The notes under the pieces are model-generated. The model saw only the letters and a program-made list of their open reading frames with translations. It was not told where the DNA came from and did not search any database. Of a stretch of 64,000 nt of DNA, positions 55,504 through 64,000 are shown piece after piece. Origin of the DNA: Eledone cirrhosa (taxonomy: Eukaryota); assembly GCA_964016885.1 (NCBI GenBank), contig OZ024745.1, forward strand, positions 24,924,001 to 24,988,000, read 5' to 3'. The translations under genes and the position numbers were made by a program. Every line of letters starts with the position of its first letter. Position 1 is the first letter of the stretch.

Positions 55504-56255
55504 CTGATCCAGCAGCTTTGAGATGACAACAAATGCAAACTCTGCAGTATTAACATCGTAGATGACACCCAAGTGATAAGCAGCTGTCTAAAGACGTCAC
55601 CACGGTACTATGTAGTGATGAGGCAAGATGTATTGGCCAGAACACTATACAATGCAGATCGTAGAAAATATAGCCCCTGCAATAAACATATTAAAAGTTA
55701 TAGCAATGTGGATGACATATACATACATAATATGAAAGAATATTAGTGGAATGATCCAGTCAAAACTCTAATAAAATGTAAACATAACAGACCAGATATA
55801 GTTGTATGAGACAGGGAAAAGAAGGCATGCACAGTCGTGGAAGTCAATTTTCCGGCAGATGCCAATATAATATTAAAGATTAGAGAAAAGGAGAATATCT
55901 ATGCTGAATTAATTAGGAATCTACAGATACTCCATCCTGGCTATACCTCCAGATTTATACCTGTGATCATTTGGGCTCTGGAATATGCTACTAGCTCCCT
56001 CTGTGCAAATCTTGAGAAGATGGGCTTCACAGAACCAGAATAAACACCACTAGTTAGGAAGTTATAAGTACAATCCATTAATGGAACTGTAAAAATATGT
56101 AAAACATTCTAATAGTTCTACATGTAATAACTGCATATATACATGTATAGATACAAAACACATGCATATGTACACATATAACTCAAAGCCTACGGAACCA
56201 CACATACAATAACATCCATACCTACACACAAACACACATACGCAAGCATACAGAT
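55500..56255 (+). pseudogene. R4/Dong-like non-LTR 3' fragment (CCHC knuckle + RLE), degraded
   Basis: NKCKLCSINIVDDTQVISSC..RYYVVMRQD, then HNRPDI and the rest homologous to 38040-38682. Confidence 0.88.
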
Positions 56256-56870
56256 ATATTTACCAGTAATACAGAATTGAGAATTCAAAAGAAACGCTCT
56301 ATGTGAAAACAAAGCTGTTGACTTCCTCAGTGGTATCATGGCCCCTTTCCCCCTCTCTGGCGGTATTTTATTCGATTTTCTCAACTATTACAGTGAGTGA
56401 CTATTATTACGGTCATTTGCGTTGGGACACTTACATTTCAAATTTCTTGTTCTTCAGGTTTTTGAAACAAATGTTTTATTTCATTGAAATCAAGTCGATC
56501 TAAGAACCAAGCAATGGTGTTAAACTGGACATGAACAGCTAGATTCTGGACTGCTTGTGAGTGGCTATTATTACGTGGCAGAACCGGTAGAGTGTCGGAC
56601 ACCATGATTTGCAGCATAGAGTTCTATAAAATGAAGTACCAGTAATGCATTGGGGTCGATTTAATCGACTTGCCCCTCCCCTAAAAATGTTGTCCTTATG
56701 CCTAAATTACGGTCATTTGTAGAGTAGATAATAAGATCACAAACATCAATATTTGACGGTTAGCTTTCTTAAATAGAAACAATAAAACAATGGAATCAAA
56801 ATATTAATGGTGTACATTGACTGATTAGTAACATTTTAGATGTATCGAAGGAAGTAAATAAAATATTGTA

Positions 56871-56925
<55 letters not shown>

Positions 56926-56930
<5 letters not shown>

Positions 56931-57302
56931 ATCCAAAGGCATGGTATAAATTGATTGGAAATTTATACCATGCCTTTGGATCTTTATATATATATATATA
57001 TATATATAAAGATCCAAAGGCATGGTATAAATTTCCAATCATTTTAATCACGACACATGTTTCAATAAGAGATAGATCGATCGTATGGTCATGATCGATT
57101 ATCACTGATCTCATCAGGTGAATAATGAAATGTATTCAAATCTTTGATATGAGGGAGGAAAAACTAACGATGTTCACTCACTAGAGTTTTGTTCCCCATA
57201 TGGGGGATAATCGATCATGACCACCCGATCGATCTATCTCTTATTGAAACATGTGTCGTGATTAAAATGATTGGAAATTTATACCATGCCTTCAGATCTT
57301 TA
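56926..57302. repeat. Four alternating-orientation copies of one cassette tail (family D) around (TA)n
   Basis: TAAAGATCCAAAGGCATGGTATAAATT and its reverse complement at 56926 (-), ~56960 (+), 57006 (-) and ~57276 (+). Long inverted pair 57006-57103 / 57205-57302. Confidence 0.9.
57048..57121 (-). ncRNA. Minimal type-I hammerhead ribozyme (family D), 47-nt stem II, intact core
   Basis: Minus strand TCAC-CTGATGA-[GATCAGTGATAATCGATC..GATCGATCTATCTCTTATT]-GAAAC-ATGT-GTC|GTGA. Confidence 0.87.
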
Positions 57303-57450
57303 TTTTGATACAAATACACCGTTTTACATCATCTAGCTGTTCCCATAAATGGAATTGGAGATATACAAAAGCGTGGAGAACTTAATATTGCTAACAAAAG
57401 TTTATTGGACCGTATGACACAACCAATAATACACCTTACTATGTAACAAC

Positions 57451-57505
<55 letters not shown>

Positions 57506-57667
57506 TCAATCTCTGTACATGACTGGTACTTTATTCATCGACTCCGGAAGGATGAAAAGCAATGCTGACCTTGGAATAATATACGCCAAAAGCGCAGACG
57601 ACACATTCAACACACTCCTCCACTGATTACTCCTCCTACTGCACCTACTACTACTACTACTACTACA

Positions 57668-57850
57668 TGGTGGATTGGCAGTATCGGTAGAGGGTCGGAC
57701 GTCATGCTTTGACGCATAGAGTTACGGCCCTTGCCATCCTGTGTTCAAATCCCGCCGAGATTAACTTTGCCTTTCGTCCTTATGGGGTCGATAAAATAAA
57801 GTACCAGTAATGTACTGGGATAATTGCTGGCCTTGTGTCAAAAGTAAAAA
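57668..57850 (+). mobile_element. SINE family 1 copy, directly upstream of the CRE-like element
   Basis: Consensus blocks as in the other family 1 copies. Confidence 0.85.
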
Positions 57851-57854
57851 AACA

Positions 57855-60220
57855 ATCGGCCTCCCCCGCTCTAGCGCTGACCGAGGCGGCCTGTCGACTG
57901 CAGCCTTTGTCAATGTCAATGTTTCGTCCTTTGGGAAAGCGCCCATTCCAAGCGTGCCGAAGGACGACACAAACCCTGCTCTTGGGTGCCTCCAATCCTC
58001 CACATCAGAGGCCAGCTCCAAGCGTTTGCGTAAACTATAAACTTATCATGGGTGATGTCAAGGCCGCAGTCAGAGTGGGTGCCTCAGAGGATACTGTCCT
58101 CCAACCCACCGAGGAGGTCATGGTTGCTCTGCGACTCAAGCACCCTGGGCCACCCGCTGACCTCCGACCCATACCCCCACACGATCTCCACCTGTTCCTT
58201 GTGGCATCCAGCGCAGACATCATGTCTGCCATCAAGTCCTTCCCAGCTAGCAGCAGCGGAGGTGCTGATGGTCTCCGACCAGGCCACCTCAAGGAGTTGC
58301 TATCCCTTCTCTCCCCTGAGGCCGGGCGCCGCCTTCTTGGTGCAATTGTGGCAATCACCAATAGGCTTATCCATGGCGCCCTGGATCCTCACGCCCAGGG
58401 CCTCTTTTTTTCAGCTAGCCTGACCGCTCTCAGGAAGAAAGAGGGTGGCATACGCCCCATCGCTGTGGGCAATGTCTTCCAGAGGCTGGCTGCTAAGATG
58501 GTCTGCAGGTCCATAACACCTGAACTGGGTGAGGAGTTCAGTCCGGTGCAACTGGGTGTCGGCGTGTCCGGTGGCTGTGAGGGGACCGCACATGCAACCA
58601 GGCAGTTCTTCAATAGCTGCCCACCGGAACCGGCATCCAGGGACTCCAGGCACTTCATTGTCAAGCTTGACATGAGGAATGCCTTTAACTGCATACGCCG
58701 GGGTCATCTGATCAATGCCTACCTCAGTCGAGCCCCCTCCGCCTATACGCTGGCCTATTTGTCATATGGAGCCCCGAGCATGCTCCTTGCTGCTGACACG
58801 GCCATACCTTCGGCCACTGGGGTCCAACAGGGCTTTCCGGAATATCACGGTCCCTCTCAACGTTTGGTACCTGGATGATGCTACGCTGGGCGGGACCGTG
58901 GAGACTATCTGCCATGACCTTCAATCGGTGGTTCCTGCCCTGGCGGGAATCGGCCTCCAGGTCAACTCGTCCAAATCGGTGGTGGTGAATGTCAGCTATG
59001 ATGCTGAGAGCTTTGCAGCCTCCGTCTTGGACGTGTGGTCCATTCTCCACCAGGCACAGGTGACCCCCAAAGAGGATGTCCTCATCCTCGGGTCACTGAT
59101 CCACTCGCCGGCCATCCGCTCCACCATCAGGTCTAGGCTCGAACATCTCCAGACCCTCACGATCCGACGGGGCTTGATCGACGGCCACCCAGCTCTCTTC
59201 CTGTTGCAGAACTGCTTCGCCATGCCGAAGCTCCTCTACACCCTTCGCAGCGCTCCGTGCTAGAGCCACGCATCTCTCCTCGCTGACCTCGATACTTGTA
59301 TCTGAGCGGCAGCTGAGGAGATATGTAACGTCAGGTTTGACGACATTGGATGGCAACAGGCCACTTTAACTGTCAGGTATGGCGGCCTTGGCCTACGGTC
59401 CCCGATCTTGCTGGCTTTGTCGGCGTTTCTTTCATGGGTAACCTCATGTCGCGTCCTCGTCAGCAGGGTTCTCCAAAACACAATAGAACCCTCTGTGTTC
59501 AGGGAACGTGGGGTCGCCTGTGAGACGTGGGACAGGCTAGGACTTAGCCCGGTAGATATCCCTCCTCCTCCCCCTGCTGACGTTATGTCCCGCCAAAGCT
59601 TATGGGATACCATCCAGTGCAGCCTGGCCTCAACAGCCTCCCGCGCCAGCTCGACCAGCACCGCCTTGCCTGTTTTCACGCGGCCTCCAAACCCCGCTTT
59701 CCTGTCGCCACAGTGCCAGCCGCCTTCCACGCCATGCTGCCCTCAACAAGGTCATTGAGCATGGCTTGGACGCTGCAGGCTTCCCTCTCAGCTCGAGCCG
59801 ATGAGGCTGGATCGAGGGGATGACCATCTTCCGTTCCGCGGTGGCAAACCCCTCGTCTGGGATGCCACTTGCAGCGACAATTTCTCCAGCCGCAACCTGG
59901 TGCAGTCTGCGACTAACCCAGGTACTGCTGCACGTCGGGCTGAGGAGGCCACACTCTCCAAATACCGGTCGTTCTCCGAAAGGTTCGCGGTCGTGCCCTT
60001 GGCAGTGGAGATATCTGGTGTCCTTGGCCCTAGGGCTACCTCCCTATTCACCACCATAGGTGCTGAGCTGGCCAGCCGCAGGTGTGAGCCTCGCGAGTTG
60101 GAATGGCTCTTCCAGCGCATCTCCCTTACCATCCGCCGGAGAAACACCTTCTCCATTCTGTCCGCTGGGGATATGGGGAGGCCAGCATATGGGACCCCAT
60201 TTGCTCACCATACGGATTAA
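57855..60220 (+). pseudogene. CRE-clade non-LTR retrotransposon RT + restriction-like endonuclease, 5'-truncated with frameshifts and deletions
   Basis: SSGGADGLRPGHLKE, LTALRKKEGGIRPIAVGNVFQRL, QLGVGVSGGCE, KLDMRNAFN, GVQQG, WYLDDATL, GGLGL, PLVWDATCSD, EEATLSKY, VPLAVEISG, FQRISLTIRRRN. Confidence 0.92.
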
Positions 60221-60397
60221 TAGGCAAAGTTATAAACTATTGTTTCTACTGAAAAAAGAATTCTCATATTGTTTCAAAACTTTCATTATAAAATATGAAT
60301 TAAAAGATTATGAGGAAAGGAGAAAAGAAAAGAATCTATACATTAGAGAATTAATATTGACAAACACTGTTGAAGGAAAATAACCTCATATTACATA

Positions 60398-61262
60398 CTA
60401 GCAGTGGTACCCGGCGTTGCACGGGATAAGGTATTTTGGAACGCGGGCCGCCAACAGACCTAATCGTGGAAAAACTGCATGCGTAGACAATATGTAAAGA
60501 AAATAAACCGAATACTCTGATGGCTGGATAATCTTTAAGATTTTCCTCGATGAAGCAGGAAAAATGCAGGTTTTCACCTAATGCGGGCCCTAGGGGATCA
60601 AGAAAATGAATTTTTTTTATGTTCATAATATGCCTTGAAATTTTTCACCTAATGCCGATCCTAGGCCATAAAAAAAGTTGGATTTTCTTTGCTCACGGTA
60701 TGAAGAAGACTGACTAATACATAGTTACAATTTCAAGGAAATCAGTCTGATGTAACGACTAAAAAAAAACCTAAAAACCTGAAAAAATGCAGATTTTCAA
60801 TTAATGCGGGCCCTAGGGGATCAAAAAGTTGAATTGTTTTATGTGCATAACACTCCCTGAAACATAAGTAATACACATGTAAAGTTTGAAAAATGTCGGT
60901 TGGGTACTTCTCGAGTTTTGAGGATTCAAACTCACAGACACACACACACACACACAGACATCTCAAGGAAGTGACGTAATGCAGACAGTCAGATATACAG
61001 ACACATATTATAAGGGCGCGACGTTATATGTATGTATCTATCTAAATAGAGAAAAACTAAGAATTGTAGAGAGAGATCACTAAATCGCCTAATGCGGTCC
61101 CTATGGCATTGAAAATTTGAAATTCTTTTTGCTCAGAACACTCCCTGAAACATAAGTATTACATGTGTAAACTTTGAAAACAGTCGGTTGGGTGGTTCTT
61201 GAGTTTTAGGGATTCAAACTCACACACACACAGACAGACATCCTCAGTTTTATATATATAGA
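60398..61262 (-). mobile_element. Non-autonomous Helitron (family 1, copy 2)
   Basis: Collinear with 30043-30853, with the same hairpin/CTAG end and TC start. Confidence 0.88.
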
Positions 61263-63335
61263 CTAGCAGAAAACCACCCACCGGGTGGTTTTCTGCTAGT
61301 ATATATATATATTACACACACAGAAATGTATATATATATATATTACACACACAGAAATGTATATATATTTCTGTGTGTATATATATATATTACACACACA
61401 GAAATGTATATATATTTCTTTGTGTATATATATATATTTCTGTTTGTGTATATATATATATATTACACACACACAGAAATGTATATATGTTTCTGTAGCA
61501 CTCCTCAATTCCCCCCTCTCTCCCTCCCGCTATCCCCCTCTTGTAGTCTGTCTCTTTCTTTCACTCTCACTCTCTATCTACGCGTGCGCAAAAAACATTC
61601 GCACGCGCGCACGTGTTTTAGCGTCTATTCACTCTCTCTCTCTCCCTCTCTCCCTCCCGTTATCCCCCTCTCGTAATCTTCTCTTTCTTTCCCTCTCACT
61701 CTCTCTCTACGCGTGCGCAAAAAAACATTCGCACGCGCGCACGTGTTTCCACTGTCGGACAGACAGACAGAGAAATTGCTGGTTATATATTATAAGGAGA
61801 TTACATATACATATGTAACTATGTATATCATCATCATCATCCCCATTATATATATATATAATATGGGCCGAAGCCGAAAAAAATTTTGTTTGGCAGCTCT
61901 AATTGCGCCTTAATTTTATTCAAAAAATTGTATACTAACATATTCGAATACCAGGCACTATTGGAATCAACAATAGCAGCGTCCTGAGGGTCATTACAAA
62001 ACACAAATTCGCGAGAATTAGTGTTTAAGGCTTGGAAGGTGGTAAAAAAAATCCACAAAATCTTCCATTCTTTTTTTTTTTTTATTTATTTTTAATAATA
62101 TTTAAATAACTGGCGGTTAGAAAAAAATATTCCTATGAAATTTTAATCATACCATTAGGTGTGAATAAGGAAATATTTTTTTATTGTCAAAACAAATGTT
62201 CAAAAGTTAAACTTTAATTTTTTTAATTATTTCCAATTTTTTCATGAAATTGAACACTGGACATTGGCTGCTGGAAATGGAAATTAAATCGTATTTAATT
62301 GTATTTAAATTTCTAACCTTATTTTATTATTTATATTTTTTCAATAAGAAATAAAAAAAAACAACAACAAAAATTGAAGAAAAAAATTGAACAAATCAAA
62401 CGTAGGTTATGGAACTGCGCAATCTGATTAATAAATTACCTCATCAGCAGCAACCTTCTTCAAATGGTCCTTATTATCAGCAGCAACAACCACAAATTCA
62501 ATGGCAACCTTCTTCGCATGGTGTCAAGTCAGAACCGCCTCGAACTGGTTACTTCTGGCTTGTGCAAGGTGTCTCTATAGCAACCAGCGATTCCCTCGGC
62601 CTCAGTAACCAAAGTCAGTGGAGAGGGGAAGGTAATGTTTCTGTAGCACGTGTTTTAGCGTCTATTCACTCTGTCTCTCTCTCTCTCCCTCCCGCTATCC
62701 CCCTCTCGTAGTCTGTCTCTTTCTTTCACTCTCACTCTCTCTCTACGCACGTGTTTCCACTGTCGGACAGACAGACAGACAGAGAAATTGCTGGTTATAT
62801 ATATAAGTAGACTAGCAGAAAACCACCCGGTGGGCGGTTTGGTTTTCTGCTAGTCTATATATCTAAAACAAAGAATGTCTGTCTGTCAGCTCACTAAAAC
62901 TTGAGAACCATCCAACCGATTGTTTTCAAACTTTAGACATGTAATACTTATGGTCCTGTGAGTGTTTTGAGCAAAAATTATTTCAAATTTTCAATGCCCT
63001 AGGGACCGCATTAGGCGATTTAGCGTTCTCTCTATATAATTCTTAGTCTTTCTTTTTAGATAGATACATAGATATAACGTTGCGCCCTTATAATAACTGT
63101 CTGTATGTCTGCTGTCTGCATTATGTCATTATGACGCGCTCAGTGTGTGTGTGTATATATATATGTATCGTAATGCAGACAGCAAGACATAGCTTTCCTT
63201 CCCCTCTTCCAACGTCTCTCTCTCTCCCTCCCGCTATCCCCCTCTTGTAGTCTGTCTCTTTCTTTCACTCTCACTCTCTCTCTACGCGTCGGACAGACAG
63301 ACAGAGAAATTGCTAGTTATATATTATAAGGAGAT
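61263..63335. mobile_element. Cluster of Helitron-like fragments (family 2 at ~61263-61800, ~62635-62810, ~63130-63335; family-1-like 5' piece on + at ~62855-63125)
   Basis: Repeated ...CAGACAGACAGAGAAATTGCTGGTTATATAT..AAGGAGAT ends, palindromic ACTAGCAGAAAACC..GGTTTTCTGCTAGT junctions, and 62855-63125 as an inverted homologue of ~60975-61262. Confidence 0.65.
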
Positions 63336-63800
63336 AATATATAAGTGTGGTTACCTCCCTTGAAATTTTTTTTTTTTTTTTTTTTTAATACAAGAACGAA
63401 ATGCACATGATGTCGTGTAAAAATTAATATTTATTTAAATGTTTAATCAATTTAAACGTCCGTTTAAATCTAGTAAGCCAAGACAAACTATGGGAGCTAT
63501 CTAGTATCTCTTCCAGTTAAGAAGAGGGAGACAGAGAGTAAATGACAATAGGAAGCAAAATAAAAAAGGTAAAAAAACAATTGCAACTATAGAATAGCTG
63601 AAAGCTTCTGAAGCTGAACCTTTTCGTGGCCTACATGTACTGAAAGATTTGTATATAGTTGGTAGATTTTTGACAATATGTTTCACCTGCAAAGTTAGAA
63701 GTTTTTAAAGACCAACTTCAAGATCCCTCCCTCCTCCTCTCCCCCCCCCCTCTCTCTCTCAAATTGGTAGTTTCTAAATTAGAATAAATAGTGCCAAAGA

Positions 63801-63892
63801 ATTTCTTGTCAGTCTCCACAAGGACACAAGTATTTCTTGTCAGTCTCCACAAGGACACAAGTATTTCTTGTCAGTCTCCACAAGGACACAAG
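63801..63892. repeat. 31-bp tandem repeat, 3 copies
   Basis: ATTTCTTGTCAGTCTCCACAAGGACACAAGT starts at 63801, 63832 and 63863. Confidence 0.97.
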
Positions 63893-64000
63893 CGATTCCA
63901 TATGATCAGTTCAGGAAAAATTATAATTCAACCCATTCGAATCTAACATAATCTTTGTTTATTAACATTGTTCACTGTCTGCTATATTTTAAACAAGCAG

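Noticed and set aside
62409-62711. Q-rich 100-aa ORF
   Set aside because: It lies within the Helitron cluster, runs into repeat sequence, and has no recognisable domain.

Overview
This is repeat-saturated, AT-rich animal genomic DNA with no prokaryotic gene structure. The SINE families and extreme microsatellite load suggest a cephalopod (Octopus-like), but that is an inference. Bases 1-11976 are a 28-bp satellite of about 428 units with variant and higher-order structure. The rest is a mosaic of decayed mobile DNA: a near full-length Neptune-like Penelope-like element (RT + GIY-YIG, direct pLTRs with hammerhead cores), a second PLE endonuclease fragment, a CRE-like non-LTR element, R4/Dong-like RLE 3' fragments, RTE LINE fragments (one 5'-inverted), non-autonomous Helitrons, hAT and mariner MITEs and many tRNA-type SINEs. 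Only a few isolated candidate host exons are visible. The most notable unannotated signal is a set of sequence-unrelated short non-coding cassettes next to (TA)n microsatellites. Each folds into a minimal type-I hammerhead ribozyme with a palindromic stem-III loop and an unusually long stem II (36-82 nt), often with inverted copies of its own tail. Almost all ORFs in the supplied track are microsatellite artefacts.
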